Below, piece by piece: positions 19,775 through 30,358 of a stretch of DNA of 64,000 bases. The notes beneath the pieces were generated by a model. The model was not told the origin of the DNA and searched no databases. It saw nothing but the letters and a program-made list of their open reading frames with translations. The translations under genes and the position numbers were made by a program. Positions within the stretch are counted from its first letter, which is position 1. Each line of letters starts with the position of its first letter. Source of the DNA: Promethearchaeota archaeon (lineage in GTDB: Archaea > Asgardarchaeota > Heimdallarchaeia > Hodarchaeales > Hodarchaeaceae); NCBI GenBank assembly GCA_048938105.1, contig JBHLMN010000008.1, forward strand, positions 32,001-96,000. Direction: 5' to 3'.

Positions 19775-20842
19775 ATGAGTAAACAATCTGAAAGTGTTGA
19801 ACAATATTTAGAACAAGTAGGGATGTATTTAGAACCCTTAGCTGATAGAGATCAGATTATTAGGGAGTTACGATCTCACATCTGGGATCAAGCAAATAGA
19901 CTGTCCGAAGAAAACAAGGGACTTTCTGTACAAGCAGCATTTGATCAAGCCATTCTTCTAATGGAGGACCCACAAACCCTTGCAGCTAAATTTCTTGAGG
20001 AAGAATCGAGTGATTTTGCTGTTGATTGGAAATCTCCTCTTAAAGTACCTGAAGCTAAGGTTCGTAACGAACAATTCCTAGTCTTGGCTATTGTTGGTTT
20101 TGCTGCAGTTCTTATAATGTCTTTGACGATTCAGATCATCTCCAATGATCTATTAGTGTCCCTTATAGCTGTTGTAATAGGAATTCTCGCGATTGGGATG
20201 TTCACCTTTGGATTGTACCAAAGTGATGAAAAATTGTTCCAGGAGCAATTAACACGGTTTCGGGCGTTATTTCAGAGGCCTGAAAGCTCAAAACAAGGAA
20301 TGAAGGGCGATATTTCATTTATTCGCGAAAAATCCGTGTTGATTCGAGACGTGGGATTCTGGAGTGCTTTTGGCGAACATTTGGGGGGATTTTTTGGAGG
20401 AATTTTCATCGCCTTTCTCATAGGAGTCATATTTGTTTTGGATACCTCAAACCTCTTACCCTTGTTTAATGAGAATTGGTACACCATTGGGGCCCTAGCT
20501 ACATACGTTGTATTGGGATCTAGTTTGGCATACAGTGCATTTATGGTCGTGTTCGGTCGAATTCGAACCACACGGTTGCTATCTGCTGCAAAAAACGTTA
20601 TTGGTTTTTCTTGTGCAATAATATTAGTCGTATATTATCCATTCACGCTTAAATTAGCGATTTTAGCTCAGAATATTCCTGAAGTGATGACTGATCCAGA
20701 TTTTCTACTTATCGTGAGTAAAGCTGATCTTTTTCTCCAAATGATTATTGGTATTTCAGGTATAATTTCGGGAATTTCAGCGTTGTATGATATGTTTAAA
20801 TTTGGTGCATGGAAACCAAGTGATCGAAAATCGTTGATCTAA
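19775..20842 (+). CDS. Membrane protein with N-terminal HAAS-type helical domain (typical PadR partner)
   Basis: EQYLEQV...DQIIRELRSHI...EDPQTLA, then multiple TMs; directly downstream of the PadR gene. Confidence 0.75.
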   Translation: MSKQSESVEQYLEQVGMYLEPLADRDQIIRELRSHIWDQANRLSEENKGLSVQAAFDQAILLMEDPQTLAAKFLEEESSDFAVDWKSPLKVPEAKVRNEQFLVLAIVGFAAVLIMSLTIQIISNDLLVSLIAVVIGILAIGMFTFGLYQSDEKLFQEQLTRFRALFQRPESSKQGMKGDISFIREKSVLIRDVGFWSAFGEHLGGFFGGIFIAFLIGVIFVLDTSNLLPLFNENWYTIGALATYVVLGSSLAYSAFMVVFGRIRTTRLLSAAKNVIGFSCAIILVVYYPFTLKLAILAQNIPEVMTDPDFLLIVSKADLFLQMIIGISGIISGISALYDMFKFGAWKPSDRKSLI

Positions 20843-20862
20843 TCATTCTCTTCTCTTTTTCT

Positions 20863-21036
20863 TCAAGTAATATTGATTCAAAACTAACCGAGGAGTTTCT
20901 CCAACTCCTTTTAGAGCTGCAAAAACGTCGTACTCTTACAGTTATCATGGCATCTCACGATCCTCAAGTTCTAAAGATAGCAGAAAAAGAGATTGAGTTA
21001 AAAGATGGGCAGTGTGTCAAAGTTACTGAGTATTAA
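20863..21036 (+). pseudogene. C-terminal remnant of a LolD/MacB-type ABC ATPase
   Basis: Translates SSNIDSKLTEEFLQLLLELQKRRTLTVIMASHDPQVLKIAEKEIELKDGQ...* (D-loop end and H-loop). No Walker A or N-terminal half. Confidence 0.8.
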
Positions 21037-21283
21037 ACAATCTCCTTAAACGCTTAATACAAATATATTTAGTCTATTCCTCTTTAGTAAATTCTAGCCT
21101 CAAAGGCGGGTAAATTTCCTTCTCCTATAAGTCTAAGCTGCATACTATTAGTTTTGAATGAAGATAGACAACCTTATAAAGGAAAATCTAAGTGATCTTT
21201 GTATAATAAAGTCATTTTGAGAATAAATATAGAGAGTCTTTTTACATTATGTTTAAAAGTTATCAATCCCAAATCTGAAGTAG

Positions 21284-22147
21284 ATGGCAATCATGCCCAT
21301 AATTGCATCATCAGATGTAGAAGAATCGACTGACGAAGAAATCCTGAAAGAATTAAGGAACCTATTAAGCTTAAAAGGTATTGATTCTGAGGAAAATGTT
21401 CTTACAACGTGGAAATCACTTCTAAAAATGAAGGAGGAACTATCACTTCCCTCCTTAAATCCCATTAAGCAACATTATTATTTCTATCAACAATTAATAG
21501 ATATCCAAAAAGTCTTAAATCTCTCCTTTATGGCTGACAAGGAAGGTATCAAAAAAATCATTGATGATGCAAAATTAGATATAAAAGGAAATTATCTAAA
21601 GAATGCCAGTGAAAAACTGAAACAAGCCTCTCAATTGATATCACGCTTAGGAACTAAGGAGAGGGAAGCAAAGAAGCTAACAGAGGATTCATCACAGGAA
21701 ATAAAAATTGATTTTAAACAATTAAATCAGCTTTATATTGAAATAAATACTCTACGTAAATTCTATAAACTACCTGAAACAACCCCCATGCTAGATATTA
21801 TAACCATGATTAAACGGCAATCTTTGCAAGAATTAGCATTGCTAGGTATTGATTCTGATTCTCTTATTCTTAAAGTTCTATTATTTGATTTAACGCCGTC
21901 TAAGCAAAAAGTTTCACAAGTTCAAGAGAGATTAACAATAGAAAATGACTTAGATCATAATATTTATGAGATATTAGTCGCTTATGGCCCTCTTTCTCGC
22001 CCTGAAATTGTACAATTGACGGGTATTGCACGTAGCTCAATCTATGATAGCTTACAACGATTGATAGTGAAAGGATTTGCAGTTCAGTATAAAGAAAAGA
22101 GAAGTCACACTGGCCGTCCAGCAACGGTGTTTGATGCATTAATATAA
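21284..22147 (+). CDS. Protein with helical N-terminus and C-terminal TrmB-like HTH
   Basis: GPLSRPEIVQLTGIARSSIYDSLQRLIVKG...GRPATVF. Confidence 0.75.
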   Translation: MAIMPIIASSDVEESTDEEILKELRNLLSLKGIDSEENVLTTWKSLLKMKEELSLPSLNPIKQHYYFYQQLIDIQKVLNLSFMADKEGIKKIIDDAKLDIKGNYLKNASEKLKQASQLISRLGTKEREAKKLTEDSSQEIKIDFKQLNQLYIEINTLRKFYKLPETTPMLDIITMIKRQSLQELALLGIDSDSLILKVLLFDLTPSKQKVSQVQERLTIENDLDHNIYEILVAYGPLSRPEIVQLTGIARSSIYDSLQRLIVKGFAVQYKEKRSHTGRPATVFDALI

Positions 22148-22209
22148 AATTTGATTAACACAAATTACGAATTAAATAACTCGTTATTCAATAAGTAAAG
22201 ATTAATGTA

Positions 22210-24030
22210 TCAGAATGGTTTTGTTAAATTTTCTTCTGCAATCATAAAGTGAACCATTTTAGCAATCGGATAATGGTCCTTTTGGATAGAACTAACCGAG
22301 CTTCCAACTGTTGCTTTATAAAACAAAGAAAATAAATTATTTGTATCCTGAGGAGAAAAATGATTACGTAAGAACGGATTACGGAATGATTTTCCTCTTG
22401 GTACATGCAGGTCTTCAAGTCTGAAATCAGGAACGTTTGTATTATTAAATCCAATGAGTTTCTTTAAATTCTTTGCCGTATTACCATTAATAGGAATACT
22501 CCTATCGTTATTGGTTAGATCTGATAGGATAAAGTATAATCCTGTTTGCATACCAAGAATACCCCAAAGAAGGAAGTCGTCAAATCCTTGAATGAATGAT
22601 AATGCAGTTCTGATAGTAAACAATATGGTTGCGAAAAGCCAAGATAGGACAATTGCATTTCTTTTATTAAGGCTAATTCCATTAAAATATTCGTGATATA
22701 TTCTCCAAAGGTAAGCTTTTAGCATTAAATAAGAGGTAAAGACCAAAAAACTCATAACTTTTATCTGTGTTTGTCTTTCATTTTTAAAGTAGATAGCTTT
22801 GGTTGGTACATCTTGTATACGAATTCCAGCCACATCTAAACGACATAACCAGTCTCCTGGATAACCGTAACCTTGACGAGCTTTAGTCCAATCAATGAGG
22901 GGAATCACATTTCTATGAATAGCTGTATAACCCATCTGGGAATCAAATAAACCAATGCGTCCCGATGCTATTATTGTTATAATAGAACAGAGAATATTAC
23001 CAATTATTCGTAATTTAGGCATTTCTCTAAAAGCATTGCCTTTTAAAGAAGGATTTTTATAAATAAATCTATTTCCTTTTGTATAATCAGCTTCCCTTTT
23101 TACAATAGGCTGAATTAAGCTTTGGAGGTCTTCCATCTCCATCTGAGCATCCCCACCAATAACAACGAAAATGTCATAACCATCCTCGTAGGCATTTATG
23201 TAACCTGAAATTATAGCGCCTCCTACTCCCTTATTCTCAAAATGATTGATTAATGATATACGGTGATCTCTTGACATCATTTCCTTTACTTTTGTTGATG
23301 TACTATCTGTACTGGCGTCGTTCACTACATAGATTTTTTGTACTAATTTAGGGATATTTGACAAGGTTCTTTGGATTAATTTTTCTTCATTATGAGCTGG
23401 GATAACCATGGCAACATTTGGATTATATGAGATTCTCGTTGAAGGAGAAAACCCATTTAAAAGAAGAGAATATTTATTATGGACATTATTAATAAGAATC
23501 ATTGCGAATATTGCCTGTATTGCACTAAGAAAACAATAAATGCATTCTATATTGGATGTATCATTAGTTAAAACTATACTACTAATGAGAATAGAAGGAA
23601 ATACAGTTAGTATAGTTAATGCAAATGTTACCTTTTTAATTTTAGTGTTATTTCGATCTATTGTCAAATAAAATAATATAAAGACCATAAATAAGTTGAA
23701 ATAAAACATCCAATTCATTAATTGCAATATATTCGAATCTAAAGTATTACTAGAGGTAAATGTAAAAAGTAATAGATTGAAACCAAGGCCTATTGCTCCA
23801 AATAAGGTAAATTGTTGATAATTTAAGGTTCCGAAGATATAATCGTAATTGGTCTTAATCAAAACAGCTATACTGAGGATTAATGAATATAGTAATAGCA
23901 AAAATCCTGTTATTTTAGAAATAACAGATAGATTATATATTATTGATATTATATTTGATGAAATAACCGTTAATGTAGAAAATAATATAATAGCGTTAAT
24001 CTTGTTTCTGTTCAAGCATTCTCCAACCAA
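22210..24030 (-). CDS. GT2 glycosyltransferase with N-terminal multi-TM domain
   Basis: VIPAHNEE, VVNDASTD, NKGVGGA, GGDAQM, KGNRF, FDSQMGY. Confidence 0.88.
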   Translation of the reverse strand: MVGECLNRNKINAIILFSTLTVISSNIISIIYNLSVISKITGFLLLLYSLILSIAVLIKTNYDYIFGTLNYQQFTLFGAIGLGFNLLLFTFTSSNTLDSNILQLMNWMFYFNLFMVFILFYLTIDRNNTKIKKVTFALTILTVFPSILISSIVLTNDTSNIECIYCFLSAIQAIFAMILINNVHNKYSLLLNGFSPSTRISYNPNVAMVIPAHNEEKLIQRTLSNIPKLVQKIYVVNDASTDSTSTKVKEMMSRDHRISLINHFENKGVGGAIISGYINAYEDGYDIFVVIGGDAQMEMEDLQSLIQPIVKREADYTKGNRFIYKNPSLKGNAFREMPKLRIIGNILCSIITIIASGRIGLFDSQMGYTAIHRNVIPLIDWTKARQGYGYPGDWLCRLDVAGIRIQDVPTKAIYFKNERQTQIKVMSFLVFTSYLMLKAYLWRIYHEYFNGISLNKRNAIVLSWLFATILFTIRTALSFIQGFDDFLLWGILGMQTGLYFILSDLTNNDRSIPINGNTAKNLKKLIGFNNTNVPDFRLEDLHVPRGKSFRNPFLRNHFSPQDTNNLFSLFYKATVGSSVSSIQKDHYPIAKMVHFMIAEENLTKPF

Positions 24031-24350
24031 TTTATTCCCTATTTTTGACTCTAGTTAACAAAGATTCGATGGTTTACTGTTCTTCCGTATGTCGCGTATT
24101 AGATGGTGCTAGACTTGAGATCAGCAATTGTAATTGAATTTCTTTTTCCGTATTCATATCTCTTTCAGTGTTAACTCGTTAGAAAGAACCTTACACATGG
24201 CTATAAATATTTTTCCAGCATCTATGAACATTAATATCGATATAACAATCCGTATTTGTCCCCCTATTTATAATTTTCTGAATAAAGAATTGTATGATTC
24301 AGAAGCGTAAGTAAATGTACACACACGATTAATCTTTAAATATAAGCCAA

Positions 24351-24700
24351 GAACCAACAAATTACTGGATGTAGCATCTGATTACGATGATCGGCATTCT
24401 AAGTTACTTACAATTATATTTCCGACAAAACTGTTGACACAACTTTTTTTTCCGACAATACATCTATTGAAGAACTTATAAAGCTATAAAAACTGCATTA
24501 ATTAAATCTATATATACGATTATTGTAATATAAATCTATCTTCAGTACAAACTTAGTTAAGTCTAATCATCGTTAAAGATATTAGGACCAGTAAATTATT
24601 AGATGTAGCTAGATACCCAAATTGGCAAACCAAAGTTGGAAAGACTTCTATTCCGACTAAATAGTAACTTTAGCTTTTTTTTCCGACAAAACATCAATAG
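24351..24700. repeat. Diverged ~120-bp direct repeat (24351-24469 / 24585-24700), each copy carrying two TTCCGAC motifs 30 bp apart
   Basis: TTCCGAC at 24420, 24450, 24651 and 24681; shared AAATTA(c/t)T(g/a)GATGTAGC and T-tract-CCGACAAxACATC. Confidence 0.7.
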
Positions 24701-25709
24701 TTTTTGTTAAATGGCTTTTGTCGAATTTTTGATAGTGTTTTGCAAAAAAACAACAAAACCTTTATATTTGTTTCTAAGTATAATACTTGTAGTAAAAAAT
24801 AAATTTAAGAGATCGTCATGGATAAATACTGGAAATACCCTCACTTATAAAATAAAAAAGGATAATATTACAAATATCGCAGGTAAAAGCTGGTTTACTC
24901 ACGTAAATAAATCAGGCTTTGTCTTAAAAGATTCCAATTATTCTTCATGTTGTTTCAACATGATTACATGGAAAATTTGTCTTAATACTAAAAAAATATA
25001 AAACCATTTCAATAGAATGATCTGTAAAAGGACACGAACATTGACAATAAGGATAAGCATCTGAAAGCATTTTGAACTAACTGAATTTAATCTTTCATAG
25101 AAAAAGATAAGTTTTCTATGAATTTTATCACATTCAATACAACTTCTTCGTGCGTTAATATTGACAAGTACTCCCCCTCACATTTATTCAGGTGATCATT
25201 ATCAAAAGAAGAAACTGATAAAAGAATGAAGCGAAATTTGACTCTTTTTTCATTTATTAGAAAAAAAGCATATTATCTTATTCAAAATCATTTTAGATTA
25301 TACAACCTGAGTATGCATAATATTAGAATGATCAAAATTATAATTATAACTGTTTTCTTGATTTTTCGTTTGATTAAGGCCCATTCCTCTTCATTTATGC
25401 TCATTGAATCGCCTGTACTCATTTTTAACACTCCCTAAATGAGCCAAATAATAATAGGAAGGCCACTTACAATGATTAATAAAGTGGTATTAGAATCTAT
25501 GTAAGATTTCATCTATTATGAAAAATCATGTTTGCTTCTAATGAGAATTTATAAGTTCTTATTTATTTTAGTACAGCTATCGTTTAGTATTTCTTATATC
25601 TTTTACTTCTGGATTTTTATATAAATCTTGAGGGGTGGTTCTTGTAATCGGTTCGTTTGTAGAGAAAGCTATCTATTCCTTTCAACTAGTGCTATTCATT
25701 CATCATAGA

Positions 25710-26099
25710 CTATTTATTTAATCTCTCAAAACACTCATTACATATATTTTTTGTGTATTCCTCTGTGAAAGGAATGAGATCACTGAACGCTTTAACCCTT
25801 TTTCCGCAATTATTACATTTTGGAAAACCACGGATGAAGAATTGAACAACTCTACTAGGACAAAAGTGCGTGGTTTCAAATTTTCTTTCTTTCCCTAGTT
25901 ATCTCATATCCCCATTAACTCGTATTGCATACATTAAAGGATACATTCCTACATAAGCCTCTCCGCAAATAGGCTTATCTGGGGTTCGATATTCAGCTAT
26001 AAAAGTTTCACCAATTTTATGGTCTACTCTGCATGGAGATTTTACCTTAATGACCTTAATTTGAAAACTCATTGGTTCATACCATTCATCTTCACTCAT
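25710..26099 (-). pseudogene. TIGR04076-like Cys protein with C-terminal zinc finger, interrupted by an in-frame TAA
   Basis: After TAA at 25899-25901 the frame continues LGKERKFETTHFCPSRVVQF...CNNCG...CNEC to TAG at 25710. Confidence 0.7.
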
Positions 26100-26109
26100 T
26101 TCAAGATCA

Positions 26110-26901
26110 TTATTCCATTAAATTTTCGTGTTGGTGGAGAATTTTGAGCGTCTCTACCGCTACGTGTGCTTGAACTTTGCATGTCTTAATATACTCCTTA
26201 TCTAAATATGAAATATTCCATCCTTTTTCTAGATCAATATAGGGTTGTAAAAGTGCACCAATCGGGATTTTTTTTGCTTTAGCTATTGAATAAAGTGTTG
26301 CAACTTCACCATTTTCCATAGATATGCAGCCTTTTTTGCGAAATTCATCCATCGAATCTGGGGTAATCCGATAGATTGCTTCACATGCTCCTACTCCTCC
26401 TTCCTTCCAATTTGTACCTATTTTGTTCAATGTTGTAGTAAGAGCATTAAATGCCCGTGGTTCGTTCTCAATCCTCCAGTTCTTATTCTCATAATGCACT
26501 GATGTACCATCGATGCCGATAGCAAAACTGGGTAGATGTAACTGTCCTTTCAATAAATAATTTTCTCCTAGTCCCCAAGAAGCACAAACAAGGATGATAT
26601 TCTTTGCACCAAAATAAATTAATTCCTCAGTAAATGCTGCCAAAGGAGATGCTCCCATAGGTGGTATAAACACAGCAAGGTCATACTCGATTTTTCCTTT
26701 CACACTTTTTTGTGATGATGAATATGGACTAAGCATCTCTCCTTTCCACTTCCATTCCTGTAGATTATATGTCTTTGTTAATTCTTCTAATACTGTGTTG
26801 CTGAATGTTAATATAATTGAAGAAGGGACGGTAATGTCAGAACGAGGTATATTTCGGCTTTTAGCTATTCTTAAAATGTCTGCTGGATTAAGTATATACA
26901 T
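26110..26901 (-). CDS. Nucleoside phosphorylase (PNP/UDP family 1)
   Basis: MGASPLAAFTEELIYFGAK, IDGTSVHY, EAIYR, SMENGEVATL. Confidence 0.75.
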   Translation of the reverse strand: MYILNPADILRIAKSRNIPRSDITVPSSIILTFSNTVLEELTKTYNLQEWKWKGEMLSPYSSSQKSVKGKIEYDLAVFIPPMGASPLAAFTEELIYFGAKNIILVCASWGLGENYLLKGQLHLPSFAIGIDGTSVHYENKNWRIENEPRAFNALTTTLNKIGTNWKEGGVGACEAIYRITPDSMDEFRKKGCISMENGEVATLYSIAKAKKIPIGALLQPYIDLEKGWNISYLDKEYIKTCKVQAHVAVETLKILHQHENLME

Positions 26902-27511
26902 CAAAGATCATCCTAGTATTTTGAATATATGTTTAAAAGCAAAAATAGAAATGAGAAAAGGATTTGATCAATTTCCTTTCCTCAGTACTAAATTAGAGAA
27001 AACTTGAATTCCTATACAAGGGTGTACTTTAGTACGAAAGAGTGTGAAAGAATTCTTTCATATTATCCTCCTTTTCTATATTAATAAAGCGTATGATCTG
27101 TGCAAATGCTATTTTTATCAGCCTCCTAATATTAAAAATAGTGAGGATACAACCTCATATTACGTATATCAAAGTAAAAAGAATAGTAGAGGCTTCCCTC
27201 AAGTAAAAAAGGAGGAGGAAGGAAGATTTCGTTATCTCCTTTCCTCTATAAAATAGAAATAGGAAGGTTTCTTCTTTTATGAATAACTACTTCGATTTTT
27301 TCTCACAGAGCACCTTAATAAAGGAATTGATACGTGCAAAGTTTCCTTCTTTCGATATTATAGTCTGATATATATATTTCAAATGAAAAAAAGTTTGATT
27401 ATTTTATATTAATATCTGAATACTCTCATAATTAGTCTTTTAATAAGAAACTTCGGGATTATTAACCAATTAGATGAGTGTTACGATCAGTTTTACGCTT
27501 AATATGACGAT

Positions 27512-28669
27512 TCACATACATCCAAGGTTCCTTGCGATGACAAGGCGTTGAATTTCAGAAGTACCTTCTCCAATCTCTAATAAGCGTTGGTCTCGGTAAA
27601 AACGTTCAATAGGATACTCCTTCATTAATCCATAACCCCCGTGAAGTTGGACAGCTTGATGAACAACCCGTTTAGAAACCTCTGAACAGTATAATTTAGC
27701 CATAGCAGCTAGTTTCTTATATTCTTCACGCCCTTGATCAAAAAAACAGGTAGCTTTGTAAAGTAAATTTCTTGCTGCTTCAATCTCCGTTGCCATATCC
27801 GCCAGTTTAAAAGCGTTAATTTGAAATTTTGAGATCGGTTTACCAAATTGTTTTCTTTGCTTAGCATACTCTAAAGCAAGTTCAAAGGCGCCTTGAGCAC
27901 ACCCTAATCCCATTGCTCCAATAGAGAGTCTTCCTTTGTCAAGGGTGTCTAGCATTTGGTGAAACCCCTCGCCACGAGACCCAAGCATATTACTCTCTGG
28001 CACCTTACAGTCTGTAAAGTACAGCTCAGAAGTGATTGAAGCACGCCAACATATTTTTTTGTGCATTGTTCGGGTTTCAAATCCTTCAGTTCCTTGGTCG
28101 AGTAAAAAACAAGTGTACTCGCGGCCACGTCCATCAGCTCTAGTACCAGTAATCGTTTGAACAGTTGAACCAAGCGATGCTTCTGTAGAACCGTTGGTTA
28201 TAAAAATCTTAGACCCATTAATAATCCATTCATCACCCTCTTTTATAGCTCTTGTTTTTGTACCTCCTGCGTCGCTTCCTGCTTCAGGTTCTGTGAGCCC
28301 AAATCCCCATAGCTTCTCTCCTGTTGTAAGTTTCGGCAAATAATACTCCTTTTGCTCCTTAGTTCCGAAATAGTATATTGGTCCAATACCTAGTGAATTA
28401 TGAGCGGCTACTGTTGCTGCTTGAGAACCATCCACACGTGCTATCTCTTCAACTGCCACAATATATGAAAGATAAGAGAGGCCACTGCCCCCATATTCTT
28501 CAGGAATACTTACTCCCATTAATCCCAAGTCTCCCATCTTCTTAGTTAATTCTAGTGAGAATTCTTCTTTTTCGTCAAGTTCTGCTGCTATAGGTTGAAT
28601 CTCTTTTTCAGCAAACTCCCGGACCGCTTCACGCATCATCATGGATTCTTCTGGTAAATCAAAATTCAT
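27512..28669 (-). CDS. Acyl-CoA dehydrogenase
   Basis: FGLTEPEAGSD, INGSKIFIT, RKQFGKPI, QLHGGYG, IGEGTSEIQR. Confidence 0.95.
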   Translation of the reverse strand: MNFDLPEESMMMREAVREFAEKEIQPIAAELDEKEEFSLELTKKMGDLGLMGVSIPEEYGGSGLSYLSYIVAVEEIARVDGSQAATVAAHNSLGIGPIYYFGTKEQKEYYLPKLTTGEKLWGFGLTEPEAGSDAGGTKTRAIKEGDEWIINGSKIFITNGSTEASLGSTVQTITGTRADGRGREYTCFLLDQGTEGFETRTMHKKICWRASITSELYFTDCKVPESNMLGSRGEGFHQMLDTLDKGRLSIGAMGLGCAQGAFELALEYAKQRKQFGKPISKFQINAFKLADMATEIEAARNLLYKATCFFDQGREEYKKLAAMAKLYCSEVSKRVVHQAVQLHGGYGLMKEYPIERFYRDQRLLEIGEGTSEIQRLVIARNLGCM

Positions 28670-28826
28670 ACTTCTTTCACCTGATGGATTCTAGGTTTTT
28701 TTTGGTCGAATTGGCTATTTGTCCTTAGATTTGTGATAGAAAAAAGTCTAAGAACCTTCAATGGCCTCCCAATTTTAAACTTTCATTCTCAATTTTCTAT
28801 CTTATTGGTATTAAGATATACTTCAT

Positions 28827-29198
28827 TTAGGACTCGTCATCATTCTTTAGAAAAATAGAATACCATAACAATCCTATTATCCCTAAAAAGAGGCCAATAA
28901 CAGCACCAATCAGAAGTAGGATGAAAATTATGCCACTAAATGGAAAATTGAGAGGTGGTCTCCCTGAGTTATCAAGAGGCTCATTAAATACACCAGTATT
29001 ATAAGTTCCCCCCAAGAATAATATGATAAATAGAATTAAAGAGCAAAAAAGACCCATTATTAAGAAGAAAAGAGGACCCCCCACAGAAAGCTTAGAACCA
29101 CCAAATATCTTCAGATATAGAGAACTCTGCTTTCTTTGTTTATGATCTCCTAACAAAAAACTCACCTTTTTGTGAATATTGTTCAGGTAATTCCTCAC
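28827..29198 (-). CDS. Hypothetical two-TM membrane protein (start uncertain)
   Basis: Two hydrophobic segments; no recognised motif. Confidence 0.45.
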   Translation of the reverse strand: MRNYLNNIHKKVSFLLGDHKQRKQSSLYLKIFGGSKLSVGGPLFFLIMGLFCSLILFIILFLGGTYNTGVFNEPLDNSGRPPLNFPFSGIIFILLLIGAVIGLFLGIIGLLWYSIFLKNDDES

Positions 29199-29262
29199 TT
29201 CATTTTAAAATGTTTTGAAAAAGTTCGTGCCAAATTAAGATATATGTAACAGTTCCATGGAA

Positions 29263-30241
29263 TTATTAAACAATATCCAGTAATAAAAAGAAAACAAAAT
29301 GACTAAAGAGTATCAACAGGCTACTGATGATACTTATTAAGGTTATTGATCTTAAATATCTAAGAATAGGTTGAGCTTTCTCAACACATCATCGTTCCTA
29401 TTCACAACCTGCTTTATAGTCATTTGCCATCCAACTGAGGCTAATCCAAACCAGATTGCTATAAGAAAGGGAACTATTGTCCACCAACGCTTCACGAGAC
29501 AGAATGGGTAATGATGTGGCTCACCAAGGGATTGATCAAGCAGTTTTTTTAGAAGCAAAGATCCACATAGGAGCAATAAATTCTTGTACTGATATTACAA
29601 AAAGAGGGGCTGTTAAAACCGCTGATACTAGGGAGCCTATTAAGAATAGTGGATTATAGATTTGTAGATATTGTAATAAAGCGATTAATGACAATAGTAT
29701 CATAGTAGCAAGAAAAGTGATAAAGGCTGTCTCTGGTTCTAGAACATGTAAGGGGTTGTAATCAACCGAGGCCAGAGTCAGCTAGCAATAATGGGAGCAT
29801 CACAAAGGAATATAATTTGGAAAGGAATGGTGTTAATACAAGTTTTTCTGTTTTTTTATTTATGTGATCAAGAAACAACCATGATTCATAAATGAAAGGA
29901 ACTATTAATTTTACAACAAAGTTTAAGAATCCAATAGAGGGAATTGAGGCGTCTAACACTCCATATGGGTACATAGCTTCAGGAATAATAGGTACCAGTG
30001 ATATTAGGACATAATAAAAGTAGAATACGTTAAGAGAACGTGAGACCAGGAGAATAACAGCTATCATACTTAGTAAATAATAATAATTTTCTTTTTCCTT
30101 TTCCAAATTGTGATAATTATTAATTTCTTTTTTGTGCTTTAAGATTTTATATTCTAAATAGGCACCATATCCAGATAATAAAAGAGTTATAAAACCTAGT
30201 AACAATTCAATGGCAATATGGAAATTCCAAATTATATTCAA
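29263..30241 (-). pseudogene. Frameshifted multi-TM protein resembling the AMC...HHCPFC membrane family
   Basis: Four consecutive hydrophobic fragments separated by frameshifts or stops; motifs PEAMYPYGVL and PHHYPFCL. Confidence 0.65.
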
Positions 30242-30358
30242 AGAACTCCAAAGTAGTAGAAATTCTTATTGTAATAGCTTAGCTATCAATATCTTTAAAA
30301 TCATTATGGAGATAAAGTGCCAAAACAATGGTATTCTATCTGTTGGGGCGTTTATGAA

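Noticed and set aside
24351-24700. CRISPR array
   Set aside because: The conserved motifs are only 7-9 bp, the spacing (30/201/30) is not array-like, and there are no cas genes.
24711-25438. Short ORFs 24711-25001 and 25226-25438, and an 11-bp inverted repeat at 25094-25122
   Set aside because: The ORFs are low-complexity AT-rich with no motifs; the AT-rich hairpin has no associated gene end or element.
25899-25901. Selenocysteine or pyrrolysine readthrough
   Set aside because: The codon is TAA, not TGA or TAG.
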